This document shows, piece after piece, positions 49,224 through 59,009 of a stretch of DNA of 64,000 nucleotides (within the stretch, counting starts at the first letter, position 1; every line of letters begins with the position of its first letter). The notes below the pieces were generated by a model. That model worked only from the letters and a program-made list of their open reading frames with translations, searched no databases and had not been told where the DNA came from. The stretch is from Candidatus Falkowbacteria bacterium (GTDB lineage: Bacteria > Patescibacteriota > Patescibacteriia > XYB2-FULL-38-15). The stretch covers positions 13,367 to 77,366 of the forward strand of contig JACRNW010000006.1 in assembly GCA_016214745.1 (NCBI GenBank), written 5' to 3'. Position numbers and translations under genes: made by a program.

Positions 49224-49691
49224 TCATCGAGACAGCCTGACCATGCGAAGCAGCTTGGTGAAGGCGCCGCGGCAGTAAGCCTCTGCGCCGCCGTTTTCGA
49301 CAGGCGTGCCCTCGAGCAGTGTTTCGAACCCTTCGTACAGATCGTGCCGGAAGGTGTTCAGGGCGTGCGTGATTTCCCGCATTACTCGGGCACGGGCGTC
49401 GCGATTGCTCCATTCGCGAGTGGCCCGTTCGTAGGTTTCGCGGCTGATTACGGGCAGCGAATTTCCGGCCCGCATTCGTTCGACCGTCTCCAGAATCACC
49501 CAGAGGTAGTAGAGGAAGGCGAGATTTTCCCAAGTCTCGCCGGGATTCGCTCCGAAGATCTCGGCCAGACCATCCCGCACTTCTTCGAGCCAGTCGGCCG
49601 TAGCCGATTCGTCCGCTCGCAGGTCAACGATCAAACCGTTGAATTGGTCCCGGACAGAATTCCGACGCTTTTTGGCGTGTGTATCTTCCAT
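49224..49691 (-). CDS. GC-rich hypothetical protein (islet gene)
   Basis: AGGAGG SD; TTGACA(49748-49743)-17-TAAGGT. Confidence 0.65.
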   Translation of the reverse strand: MEDTHAKKRRNSVRDQFNGLIVDLRADESATADWLEEVRDGLAEIFGANPGETWENLAFLYYLWVILETVERMRAGNSLPVISRETYERATREWSNRDARARVMREITHALNTFRHDLYEGFETLLEGTPVENGGAEAYCRGAFTKLLRMVRLSR

Positions 49692-49843
49692 CGTGTCCTC
49701 CTTTCCGAATGGACTCTAAACCTTAAATCATTTTTTCTTTTTTGTCAAGGGTAAATATTTCTCGTTATCTACGCTCATTCGTTAATAAAATAAAAAAAGA
49801 GGCTAACCTTACCGGCGCCTCTTATTTCTTCCCCCCATCTTCT

Positions 49844-50305
49844 TCAGTCGGCTGCTCGCAGCTCCTTGCTTCGTGCGCGTTCAAGCTGGATCATTCTCAG
49901 GATTACGGCGAAGATGTGTTCAACCAGCCTTCTGACGTGAAGCGACGCGATTGACTCGTTGAGTGTCGGTCTGAACTCACAATCGATGGTCTCGCGAAAC
50001 TGGTCGAAACTTTCATCATCAAGTGCGTTGTTCGGAACTTCACCGAGTCCACGCCATGCCTCGCCGGACGAATTAGAGGAGATTCGCGGCAGTTGATGGT
50101 CCAGCAATTTCTCGACGCTTTGCAGGCCTTTGAACATCACCGACATCGCCTTCAGGAAGTCGGAAGAAGCCAACTCAGAACCCCGAGCTCTTGCCCTGTT
50201 GAAGGCTTTCGCGATTTCGGGGTTGCTTTCCTGGAAGTCCTGGAATTTCTGGAAGGCAAAATTGTGCGGTTCTGCCCTTTCGGACGATTCCTCCTTGTTT
50301 CCCAT
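49844..50305 (-). CDS. GC-rich hypothetical protein (islet gene)
   Basis: AGGAGG SD; TTGACA(50358-50353)-17-TAAAGT. Confidence 0.65.
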   Translation of the reverse strand: MGNKEESSERAEPHNFAFQKFQDFQESNPEIAKAFNRARARGSELASSDFLKAMSVMFKGLQSVEKLLDHQLPRISSNSSGEAWRGLGEVPNNALDDESFDQFRETIDCEFRPTLNESIASLHVRRLVEHIFAVILRMIQLERARSKELRAAD

Positions 50306-50414
50306 ACTGCCCCTCCTTTTCGACTTTTAACTTTAAGATACCATTTCGTTTTTGTCAAACACGATTTTGTGATATGATTGCTAAATAGTTTGTTAAAAAA
50401 TTAACTAAAAGATT

Positions 50415-51065
50415 ATGAAACTTTGGAAAAAAATAGATTGGTTAATGCTCTTTTTTCTTCTTTTGATTTTTGCAGTTGGAATTTATATGGCACCGAATAT
50501 GCCGGACCGGGTTCCGACGCACTGGAATATCCGAGGGGAAGTTGACGGCTGGGGTTCAAAATACATCAATTTATTTTTGACGCCGAGTATTGCTTTAGCA
50601 ACATATCTTTTGATGTCTTTTTTGCCGGCGATTGATCCTTTCCGCAAAAATTATGAAAAATTCGCCAAACCGTATTTGTACTTTAAAATTTTCTTGGCGT
50701 TTTTCTTTGTTTATCTGGAAATATTTTTACTTTATTCCTCAGTCCGTTTTAGCCCGCCGCAGGGGAGTTTGATGTTCGCGATACCCTTTTCTTTACTTTT
50801 ATGTTTTATCGGATGGATTCTGCCGCAACTTAAAAGAAATTTTTTTATTGGCATCAAAACACCGTGGAGTCTTGTTTCCGACGATAATTGGAAAAAGACA
50901 CACGACTTCGGCGGTAAGGTGTTTATTCTGGCCGGCGTGGCGAGTTTAATCGCCGCCTTTTTTGGCAGCGTCGCGAGTTTCGTAGTTTTAATCGCCAGCG
51001 TTTTTGTTGCCGCGTTTGCCACCTTCATTTACAGTTATTTGATATATAGAAAGGAGAAAAAATAA
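50415..51065 (+). CDS. SdpI/DUF1648 membrane immunity-like protein
   Basis: PDRVPTHWN..GEVDG, RNFFIGIKTPWSL...NWKKTH. Confidence 0.88.
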   Translation: MKLWKKIDWLMLFFLLLIFAVGIYMAPNMPDRVPTHWNIRGEVDGWGSKYINLFLTPSIALATYLLMSFLPAIDPFRKNYEKFAKPYLYFKIFLAFFFVYLEIFLLYSSVRFSPPQGSLMFAIPFSLLLCFIGWILPQLKRNFFIGIKTPWSLVSDDNWKKTHDFGGKVFILAGVASLIAAFFGSVASFVVLIASVFVAAFATFIYSYLIYRKEKK

Positions 51066-51066
51066 T

Positions 51067-51339
51067 ATGGCCAAAGAAAATTTTACCGCCGATGAGGCGA
51101 AAAAAATCGGCGAGGAGTTGGGTATTGATTGGAGTAAGTTTGACGTAGAGCAATTCAGAAAGGGGATGGATGTTGAATTGGAGCATGGCGCGCGCGATCC
51201 ACACACCAACGTCACAAATGATGATCCGCTGACGACCGGGAAAATCGCCCTGGCCCACCTGAATGAATTTCCCGACTACTACACGAGATTGGATAAGTTG
51301 GAAAAAGAAGCAGATGCGTTTTTTCAGAAACAAGTATAA
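51067..51339 (+). CDS. DUF5661 family protein
   Basis: GMDVELEHG, KIALAHLNEFPDYYTRL. Confidence 0.8.
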   Translation: MAKENFTADEAKKIGEELGIDWSKFDVEQFRKGMDVELEHGARDPHTNVTNDDPLTTGKIALAHLNEFPDYYTRLDKLEKEADAFFQKQV

Positions 51340-51396
51340 AATTTTTAATCAAAAACACGGCTCCGGGTACGCGGGCCGTGTTTTATTTTGTTTTTG

Positions 51397-53256
51397 TTAT
51401 TGAACCGTTACTGAATAATCATTGCTGTAGAAAACACATCCACCTCCGCCGTTATAGGCGCAAACGCGGAAGTGGTAAGTGCCGGGATCCACGACGTCCC
51501 AGGTATAACTGCCTTTCATGTCAGGCGAGGAAAGATAAACATATTCATTGCCCGGATAAACGGGGTTTGGTTCAAGAGATTTCACCAATTTGTATCCGTA
51601 AGGCGAATTTCCGGAAAGTGCCCAGGAGAGGGTAATCATTCTTCCTGTTTTTATCCAACCGGTCAAGGCTAGAGTTCCATAAACTTCGCCTGAGGCCGCG
51701 CCGTTTGATTTAGCGGTGAGTTTTAAATCATTGCTGTAAGTGCCGCAAGCGCCGCCTTCATAGATGCAAATTCTAAAGTGCCAAACCTTTCCGTCGTTCA
51801 CCTGCCAGAGATAACTTTTGGTATCGGGATTTAAGTAAATCGCCGAATCTCCCGGGTAAGTCGGATAGGCTGTAAGCGATTTTACGAGTTTAAATCCTTT
51901 CGGCGCGGTAATGCCCGAAAGAGACCAGGAAAGATTAATACCGTCAGCGCCGACCCAACCTTTGAGATAAAGTGGCAATGCTTGAACCGCCTCGCCCTTT
52001 CTTGTTACGGTGATTTCTTTTGTCGTGGCATTACCAGAATCATCTTTGGCTTTAATCGCAATTTTATTGCCGCCGACTTTCAAATCAATAATTTTTTCAA
52101 ATGATCCGTCTTTGTTTTCCGCCAAAGCACCATTCACAAAGACTTTGGCTCCGGCCTCGGTCGTGCCGCGCACGGCCACGCGGAGTAATTCGGTTTCAAT
52201 TCCATCTAACGGTTCTCTGATATTTATTTCCGGCGCTGTCACATCAGACAAAACTCCGAGGGGATAAGATTTTTCACTGTCTTCTGTGCGGTTCCAGGCG
52301 TAAAATCCGTCTTGCGCAGTTTCTTCTTTGGGCAGAGGAATTTTTTTTGCCGTATCTTCAATCGGTTTTGTCATATCAACAATTAATTCTTCACCTTCGC
52401 TTACTTCTTTTTCCAAAGTTTCATCATTTTTTACAATTTTTACTTTGACTTTGCTTTCCACAACCTTGACGATAACTTTTTTCTCGCCCTTTTTAACCCA
52501 GTTTGAATTTTCTGTGGCTACGCCAAAAGCCGTGCCGAGCGCCGTTGTTTCTGTGTCGCTGGATTTAACTTTGTAGGTTAAACCAGAAGTTTTATTGACG
52601 CGGCTGTAGGTTTCACCAACCACTTGCGTGACAGAAATATTTTTGTTATTAATTTCTTCTAAAATTACATGAGTATTTTCATCAAGCCGAAGAGCGCTGC
52701 CTTCGTCAAATTCTAAAACTGCCTTGCTTGATTCTCCGGTTCTAAGTTGTGATTGGCCGGCGAGAGTTACGCCTACTGCCACAGGTTTCCATTCGCTGCC
52801 GTTCCAAATTTCAACTTGTCCGTCAGCCACGGAAAGATGCGCCGCCAGCGCGCCGTTAAAATTTCCGGCCGGACCACGGGTAAAATAAATTCCGAGAGCC
52901 AAGGCTATAACGACCACGGCCGCGCCGGCGAGCGCGAGAGTGACTCGACTTAAATTGAAAGGCAGGGTCATAGGAATTTCCTTTCTTGATTCTTGGGTTC
53001 TGGTCTGCTCGTTTATTAAATTTTTAGCAGTTGCTTTAGAACCGACAAGATTAAAATATTTATGATAAAAATTTTCTCTGATGCGGTTTTTTTCTTCCGG
53101 AGAAATAGAAACTTCGCCGGGTCTCGCGAGTCTGGCCGCTTGAATTTTTCCGGCCAGAGTATAGAGAATTTTTTCTTTTACTTCAAGTTCAGCCGGTTTT
53201 TTTTCTTCCCAGGCCTTGATAAATTTTTTTGATTTTTTATTTAAAAATTGAAACAT
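51397..53256 (-). CDS. FecR-domain anti-sigma factor with Ig/FN3-like extracellular repeats
   Basis: TM helix, LRTGESSKAVLEFDEGSALRLDENT, ALGTAF; duplicated WSLSG..PxGY/FKLVKS..PxYPG...HFR.C.Y domains; adjacent to an ECF sigma. Confidence 0.75.
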   Translation of the reverse strand: MFQFLNKKSKKFIKAWEEKKPAELEVKEKILYTLAGKIQAARLARPGEVSISPEEKNRIRENFYHKYFNLVGSKATAKNLINEQTRTQESRKEIPMTLPFNLSRVTLALAGAAVVVIALALGIYFTRGPAGNFNGALAAHLSVADGQVEIWNGSEWKPVAVGVTLAGQSQLRTGESSKAVLEFDEGSALRLDENTHVILEEINNKNISVTQVVGETYSRVNKTSGLTYKVKSSDTETTALGTAFGVATENSNWVKKGEKKVIVKVVESKVKVKIVKNDETLEKEVSEGEELIVDMTKPIEDTAKKIPLPKEETAQDGFYAWNRTEDSEKSYPLGVLSDVTAPEINIREPLDGIETELLRVAVRGTTEAGAKVFVNGALAENKDGSFEKIIDLKVGGNKIAIKAKDDSGNATTKEITVTRKGEAVQALPLYLKGWVGADGINLSWSLSGITAPKGFKLVKSLTAYPTYPGDSAIYLNPDTKSYLWQVNDGKVWHFRICIYEGGACGTYSNDLKLTAKSNGAASGEVYGTLALTGWIKTGRMITLSWALSGNSPYGYKLVKSLEPNPVYPGNEYVYLSSPDMKGSYTWDVVDPGTYHFRVCAYNGGGGCVFYSNDYSVTVQ

Positions 53257-53266
53257 GTTTGTGAAA

Positions 53267-53836
53267 TTAGAAATTGATTTCCAAAAATTCCGGGTTGCCG
53301 ATCAGATGTTTTCTCATTAAACGCAAAGCTCGGTGAACTCTTACAGCCACGGCGCCTTTGCCGCATCCGACGATTTCCGCGATTTCATCGTTTGATAGTT
53401 CTTCAAAAAATTTTAAAGACAAAACGGTTTGATATTTTTCGGGAAGATTATTTATTGTTTTTCTAATGAATACTTTTCGTTCGTCGTCTTCAAGACTGGA
53501 AACTGCCTTTTTGCCGGTTTCAATTTGCGCCGGTTCGTAGGCCTCGACCGCGTCGGTTAGAATTTCTTTTTTCTTGCGGGTGTAATCAATCAAAGTATTC
53601 CTCGCGATTTTAAAAAGCCAGGCGGCAAAAGAAACGCCGCGGTCGTCATATTTTCCGAGATTCGCCAGGGCCTTAGCAAAAACTTCCGACGTTAAATCTT
53701 CGGCCAATTCTTTTTGCCCGGCGCGGTTTAGAAGAAAACCGTAGATTTTGGGGAGATAATGGTTGTATAATTCCTCAAAAGCGGCTACGTTTTCCTGAGC
53801 TTTTTTGATTAATTGTCGCTCAAGTTCGCGATCCAT
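53267..53836 (-). CDS. ECF RNA polymerase sigma factor
   Basis: AFEELY, AEDLTSEVF, FAAWLFKIARN, region-4 HTH. Confidence 0.92.
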   Translation of the reverse strand: MDRELERQLIKKAQENVAAFEELYNHYLPKIYGFLLNRAGQKELAEDLTSEVFAKALANLGKYDDRGVSFAAWLFKIARNTLIDYTRKKKEILTDAVEAYEPAQIETGKKAVSSLEDDERKVFIRKTINNLPEKYQTVLSLKFFEELSNDEIAEIVGCGKGAVAVRVHRALRLMRKHLIGNPEFLEINF

Positions 53837-53856
53837 ATTTGACTCCTTGTTTTAAG

Positions 53857-53884
53857 ATAACGCAAGGTTTGATGAAAAATTACA
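53857..53884 (-). promoter_or_regulatory. Putative autoregulatory ECF promoter
   Basis: TGTAAT-16 nt-CGTTAT upstream of the sigma gene. Confidence 0.55.
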
Positions 53885-53980
53885 GCTAAAAAGAGGTTTT
53901 TTAAATATTTATTTTATGTTATACTAATAAAGTAATAAAATCAATTTAAAATGCCGCACGGGCGGCTTAATGCAAAAAAT

Positions 53981-54316
53981 ATGGCACTTCTATTTCGTTG
54001 GTTAATTTACGCGGTGGCGATTATGCTTTTAACTTACATTGTGCCGGGCATTTCCGTAAAGAATTTCTATTCAGCGCTTTTAGCCGCGCTTGTTTTGGGT
54101 CTTGTGAACGCCGTAATTCGGCCGCTTATAATTTTACTGACTCTGCCGGTAAATATTCTGACTCTCGGTCTTTTTACGCTCGTGATTAACGCTCTGATGT
54201 TATGGTTTGTCGCTTCAATCGTTAAAGGTTTTGATGTTAAGAATTTTGTAGCTGCCTTTTTGGGCGCCTTGGTTTTATGGGCAGTCGGTTGGCTGACGAA
54301 CGCGTTGACGAAGTAA
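53981..54316 (+). CDS. YvlD/DUF360 (phage holin 4-like) membrane protein
   Basis: VNAVIRPLIILLTLPVNILTLGLFTLVINA. Confidence 0.88.
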   Translation: MALLFRWLIYAVAIMLLTYIVPGISVKNFYSALLAALVLGLVNAVIRPLIILLTLPVNILTLGLFTLVINALMLWFVASIVKGFDVKNFVAAFLGALVLWAVGWLTNALTK

Positions 54317-54362
54317 TTTGTAATTTGTAATTGGGTAACTAAGTAATTAAGTAATTAAAAAT

Positions 54363-54845
54363 ATGAAAAAAATTATTTTTCTTACGGCGCTAATTTTAGC
54401 GGTTTTAGTTTTATCCGGAGCGGGATGCGCTTGGTTTCCATCCGAGAGGGAAGAGGCGACAAACGTGCCGCGAGAGACGGAAACAAACGTTAACGCGCCG
54501 GCCGATCCAACTGCCGGCTGGGAAGTTTATGAGAGCGTTCCATGGGCAATTGAAATGAAATATCCGTCAACATATAAAACTGTTATTGATACTTATGGCT
54601 GGCCGCATGCCCTGGTTCATTTTATTGAAGTGGCGCCGGGCGCGCAATCTTATCGGGCGCAGATTGAAACTTGGGATAACGAAGGAGATTTTCGTACAAC
54701 TTATGGCCGAGATCCGGCGTATATTGTTGAACACCTAAACGGTAAAAATTGGGTGACAGTTGATTACAACCCCAATCCGACAAATCCGGCCGTGGCCGAA
54801 GAATGGGAATTGATTATTTCCACTTTCCGTTTTACCGCGCCGTAA
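54363..54845 (+). CDS. Putative lipoprotein (PsbP-like)
   Basis: Signal peptide with LSGAGC lipobox; GWEVY...MKYP; IISTFRF. Confidence 0.7.
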   Translation: MKKIIFLTALILAVLVLSGAGCAWFPSEREEATNVPRETETNVNAPADPTAGWEVYESVPWAIEMKYPSTYKTVIDTYGWPHALVHFIEVAPGAQSYRAQIETWDNEGDFRTTYGRDPAYIVEHLNGKNWVTVDYNPNPTNPAVAEEWELIISTFRFTAP

Positions 54846-54867
54846 TCTAAAATCTAAAATATAAATT

Positions 54868-55077
54868 ATGCCAGACATTGATTCAATTTGGGAAGAACTG
54901 CTCGCGCGCTTTGATTATGTCGTGCCCGAAAGCCACGAAGCTTTTATTGAAGAGGCCGAGGCCGCGATCGGCGAACTCACCGAGCTTGGTAAAATTTCGC
55001 CCGAAGAAGACGTCAAAGCGATTATGGAAGCGCTTGAGGTAAGGTGGGATGATTATCTGAAAGAGAAAAAGGTTTAA
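54868..55077 (+). CDS. Small acidic hypothetical protein
   Basis: 69 aa, D/E-rich, in operon context. Confidence 0.6.
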   Translation: MPDIDSIWEELLARFDYVVPESHEAFIEEAEAAIGELTELGKISPEEDVKAIMEALEVRWDDYLKEKKV

Positions 55078-55079
55078 GT

Positions 55080-55415
55080 ATGGATGAGGCCAAGTTCAAA
55101 GAGTCCAGGGAATTTTTTTGGACCAAACACGCGATTGCCAAAATGTTTTTTTACGGCCTCGCGCCGAGTCGGGTAAAAAAGATTTTCCGCGCGCCAGATC
55201 GGACCGAAGAGGGAATCGCTCCTCGGACAGTGGCAATGATGCAAAAAGTCGGCAAGGGCAAAAGACAAACAGAGATTTGGGTAATGTGGCAAAAAGGAAA
55301 AAACGGACAGAAAAAAATCATCGCCGCCTGGCGGTATCCAGGGACCAGTCCCGTGAAAGAAATTCCCATCCCGCCAGAAATTTTGGCAGAGCTAAGCTCA
55401 GTTTTGAAGAATTAA
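55080..55415 (+). CDS. Basic hypothetical protein, possible DUF4258/BrnT-like RNase fold
   Basis: WTKHAIAKM...EIWVMWQ...KIIAAWRYPG. Confidence 0.55.
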   Translation: MDEAKFKESREFFWTKHAIAKMFFYGLAPSRVKKIFRAPDRTEEGIAPRTVAMMQKVGKGKRQTEIWVMWQKGKNGQKKIIAAWRYPGTSPVKEIPIPPEILAELSSVLKN

Positions 55416-55541
55416 ATAATAAAAAATAAAAACCGGACGCATCGTAGTCCGGTTTTTTGAAAATTTAAAATTTTATAAAAAAAGCCCGAACCGGAAGTGA
55501 GTCAGTCGTGACTCAACTTGTCGGTTCGGGCGCATGGCGCA

Positions 55542-55916
55542 CTACTCGGTCGCGATCATCTGGAACGAGAGTGGTTCTCCGCACTCGCTGCAGTGGAAGC
55601 GCTTGGTCGTTGGCTTGCCAAAGTTCTTGCAGGTAGCCCGTGAACAGGTGCCGATGAGGGCTGGAGTGCCCCGCGTGACCGTGAAGGGCACTTCGGTGAT
55701 CTTGAGTTCCCAGCCCTGCGGCAGAACTTCCCGAAGTTTTTCGGCATTCTTCCTGGCCGTGGCGTCGGAAGAAACTTGGCCGTCCGGCAGATCAGTGAAG
55801 AGAAATCGTCCAGAGCCGACCGGCACCTTGAGATCCGGCGCCTTCGGGTCGTCGCTTGGCCGATAGATTGTAATGTGGTACAGCTTGGGCGTTCCCGGCT
55901 GTGTTGATTCTCCCAT
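55542..55916 (-). CDS. GC-rich protein with C-terminal zinc ribbon (islet gene)
   Basis: CSRATC...CSECG; GGAGGT SD; TTGACA(55970-55965)-17-CAAGAT; long hairpin terminator at 55480-55530. Confidence 0.65.
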   Translation of the reverse strand: MGESTQPGTPKLYHITIYRPSDDPKAPDLKVPVGSGRFLFTDLPDGQVSSDATARKNAEKLREVLPQGWELKITEVPFTVTRGTPALIGTCSRATCKNFGKPTTKRFHCSECGEPLSFQMIATE

Positions 55917-56039
55917 GATTTACCTCCCTTTCCCTCGCTTCATCTTGGCATTTTGGTTTGATTTTGTCAAGAGATATGGCGCGATAAAGAAAATTTTAGT
56001 ATAATTGATATTAGGGGAAGTAATTTTTAACCTAAATTT

Positions 56040-57959
56040 ATGTTTAAAAAGATTTTTTTCATTTTCGCAGCTTTGGCGATTTTTTTATTTTCCGGCAGTC
56101 AAGTTTTGGCGCAAGAAGAAAAATGGTGGGATTTTGGAAAATGGGCCGTGGATATAAACATCAATAAAGACAGCACTTTTGTCGTCCGCGAAACGCAGAC
56201 TTTTAATTTTCACGGCAATTTCCATTGGACACAGAGGGATATTTCAAAAAATAAATTGCGGGCGATTAGCGACGTGAAAGTTTTTGATGAAAATGGAAAA
56301 GAACTTTTGCCGCCAGAGATAGAAATATCGGAAGACGCAGCCCAGGTCAGTGTAAAAATTAATTTTGATTTAGTTGATACCCAGGCGACTTGGACTTTTG
56401 AATACAAAGTTATCGGCGGCCTTGGATATTTTGATGATCACGACGAACTTTATTGGAACGCGATTTCTGAAGATCGGGATGTGCCGATTAAAGAAGTGGA
56501 AGTTAGAGTTCATTTGCCTGAAGAAGCGTCGGTCGGAGACTTAGAACAGACTCTTTACACCGGGCCGGCCGGCAGTACGGATTCTTCGGGAAATTACAAA
56601 ATCATCGACGGAAAGACATTTAGATTTTGGGGCAGCGATATTGGGGCATACGAAAATTTTACGATTGTCGCCGGCTGGCCAAAGGAAATTGTTTTTGAAC
56701 CGGGCATTTTAAAAATTAATTCCGAGCCTATCGGTGCGGCTGTAATTTTGGATGGGCAAAAAATAAATCTTCGCACGCCAGCCGTTCTTGAAGAAAAGTA
56801 CGAGATTTCTTCCGGTGAGCATAAAATTTCCGTGGCCAAATTCGGCTGGGACGTGAAAGGAGAAGAAGAAAAAACCGTAAAAGTTGAAATGGGTAAAATT
56901 GATACTTTGGATTTTGAACTTAAAGAGACAACGTGGTTTTTTGCGCTGGAGAAACTAAGTTATCTTATTCCAATTTTAATCGGGATTTTTCTTTTTAGAA
57001 GATATAAAAATATTCCCAAAATAAAAAAGACGATTATCGCCCAATATGATCCGCCAAAAGATTTATTGCCCGCAGAAATGGGCGGGCTGGTTTATAACAA
57101 GGTTCGTCCCAAAGATTTTACAGCCACGCTAATCGATCTGGCCTATCGCGGTTATTTGAAAATAATAGAGAGAGAAGAAAAAGTTTTGTGGATGCAGACG
57201 AAAAAATACACTCTCGTGAAAAGGAAAGAATTCGCGAGCGATCCCGGTCTTTCAGATTATGAAAAAGAATTTTTAGAAGCAATTTTCGGAGCAGGTGAGA
57301 CAGTTGAGTTAAGCGATCTGCGAGATATGGCGAGCAAAACTTCTTTTCAAAAAATGATTACCAAGTTACCGAAAGAAGTTTTGGAAAAATTAGTCAAGGA
57401 AAAAGAATATTTTAGATCTATGCCCCTGGCTCGTGAAATGAGTTTTTTGTTGGCATTATTTGCGGCCGGTATTTTTATTTCAATGGTCGTAGTAATGTTT
57501 CCTAATTTTTCTTTTTCAATGTTAGTAGCGATTTTAATATCACTAGGTTTATGGTTTATTTATTTAGTTATTAAGCCCCCGCCGCTTACAGAAAAAGGAG
57601 TTGAGGTAAAATGGCACGCTTTGGGTTTTAAAGAATATTTGCAAGTGGCGGAAAGATTTCGCCTCGGCGCCTTGACGCCGGAAACTTTTGAAAAATATCT
57701 TTCTTACGCCATGGTTTTTGGAGTGGAGAGAAAGTGGGCCGAGAGATTTGCCGATATTTACAAAACGCAGCCGGATTGGTACGAAAGCGGAACGCCGATT
57801 AGCGGATTTAACAGCGTGATTTTTGCAAATTCTCTTTTAGGAATGAAGACAAGCGTGGATTCGGCCATAAGTTACAGTAATCCTTCCGGTTCGTCCGGAT
57901 TTGGCGGAGGAGGCGGAGCCGGCGGCGGAGGAGGCGGAGGAGGTTCAAGCGCCGGGTAA
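56040..57959 (+). CDS. DUF2207 membrane protein with PEGA-like insert
   Basis: DELYWN, QYDPP, ATLIDLAYRGYL, YAMVFGV, Gly-rich tail; LKINSEPIGAAVILDG (PEGA). Confidence 0.85.
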   Translation: MFKKIFFIFAALAIFLFSGSQVLAQEEKWWDFGKWAVDININKDSTFVVRETQTFNFHGNFHWTQRDISKNKLRAISDVKVFDENGKELLPPEIEISEDAAQVSVKINFDLVDTQATWTFEYKVIGGLGYFDDHDELYWNAISEDRDVPIKEVEVRVHLPEEASVGDLEQTLYTGPAGSTDSSGNYKIIDGKTFRFWGSDIGAYENFTIVAGWPKEIVFEPGILKINSEPIGAAVILDGQKINLRTPAVLEEKYEISSGEHKISVAKFGWDVKGEEEKTVKVEMGKIDTLDFELKETTWFFALEKLSYLIPILIGIFLFRRYKNIPKIKKTIIAQYDPPKDLLPAEMGGLVYNKVRPKDFTATLIDLAYRGYLKIIEREEKVLWMQTKKYTLVKRKEFASDPGLSDYEKEFLEAIFGAGETVELSDLRDMASKTSFQKMITKLPKEVLEKLVKEKEYFRSMPLAREMSFLLALFAAGIFISMVVVMFPNFSFSMLVAILISLGLWFIYLVIKPPPLTEKGVEVKWHALGFKEYLQVAERFRLGALTPETFEKYLSYAMVFGVERKWAERFADIYKTQPDWYESGTPISGFNSVIFANSLLGMKTSVDSAISYSNPSGSSGFGGGGGAGGGGGGGGSSAG

Positions 57960-58052
57960 AAAGTTTGCGGCAGAAAGGCCGCGCGGTTATTGCTCAAAGT
58001 TTGATTTGAGATTAGAATAAAAGAGAAAGCCGAACCAATCGCATTAAATTTT

Positions 58053-58646
58053 ATGAAAAAGAAGCTCGCAATATTTTTCGTTATAATTTTTTTGGCCAGC
58101 GCCGCCGCGATGTTTTATTGGTATATTGGCGGGATGAAAGAGGCATCGGCCGATTTAGAAGAGGCGAAGCAAGAAGCAAAAAAAGTTGAAGCGAAAGAAA
58201 CGACTGTAAAAGTATTTTTTGGCAATAAAAAAATGAATCAAAAGCAGGCTGATTGTAAGGTTGTTTTTCCGGTTGAGAGAATAGTTGATAATGATTTAAT
58301 TGTAAAAAGGCGGGCGTTTGAAGAAGTGCTTATCGGCCCAACCGCCTCGGAAGCGGCAGAAGGTTATTATTCGGCTTTTCCCAATAAAGACGAAGTGATA
58401 AAATATCGCGAAAGAATAAAACAAGAAACAGGCCAGGCTCCGTACGACGGCGATGAAATAAAAATAAGGAGCGTTAAAATTATGATTGGGATGGCTTACG
58501 TGGATCTTTCTCCGGAAATATTTTCTTACGATAAAGATAACTGCCGGGCCGAGATGATCCGAGAGCAACTTTCCCAAACCGCGAAACAATTTTCAAAAGT
58601 CGGCGGCGCGATTATCACCGTCGGTGGCGTGGAGAACGCGCTTTAA
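58053..58646 (+). CDS. GerMN-like membrane-anchored protein
   Basis: VKVFF, CKVVFPVER, GPT..E...GY, QLSQTAKQF. Confidence 0.7.
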   Translation: MKKKLAIFFVIIFLASAAAMFYWYIGGMKEASADLEEAKQEAKKVEAKETTVKVFFGNKKMNQKQADCKVVFPVERIVDNDLIVKRRAFEEVLIGPTASEAAEGYYSAFPNKDEVIKYRERIKQETGQAPYDGDEIKIRSVKIMIGMAYVDLSPEIFSYDKDNCRAEMIREQLSQTAKQFSKVGGAIITVGGVENAL

Positions 58647-58663
58647 ATCTACAAATTACAACT

Positions 58664-58772
58664 CTACAAATTACAAATCATTTACAAATATACAAATAAC
58701 AGTGAAGTGTATTTTACAAAATTAACGTGTTAGTAAAAATTTGTATATTTGTACCGAATTTGTAATTTGTAG
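58664..58772. mobile_element. 109-bp TACAAAT-arm MITE-like element, copy 4
   Basis: Core AAATTAACGTGTTAG; right end near-identical to copy 2. Confidence 0.7.
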
Positions 58773-58893
58773 AATAGTAGAATGTATGAAGAAATATTCA
58801 TGTGCACGTTGCGGAAAGGGGAGAACGCGCTACCGCACTCCGTCGCCTTTTAAAGTAATGGCGGCCGAACGGGCTAAAAGAGATAAAATATAT

Positions 58894-59009
58894 GCCCCGT
58901 TAGAAGTTCAGCAACGTGCTTCTCAAGGCAACGCACAAAAGGCGAAGCCGACTTACGTCTCTCGTTACGTGGATAAAAGATAAAACAATCTATAAACTTC
59001 TAACGGGGT
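58894..59009. mobile_element. 116-bp MITE with 15-bp terminal inverted repeats
   Basis: GCCCCGTTAGAAGTT ... AACTTCTAACGGGGT, flanked by AT. Confidence 0.65.

Noticed and set aside
53981-54316. Prophage suggested by a holin-like gene
   Set aside because: The YvlD/DUF360 family is a common chromosomal membrane protein, and there are no phage structural or integrase genes nearby.
57880-57959. GGC/GGA tandem repeat
   Set aside because: It encodes the ordinary Gly-rich tail of DUF2207 proteins.
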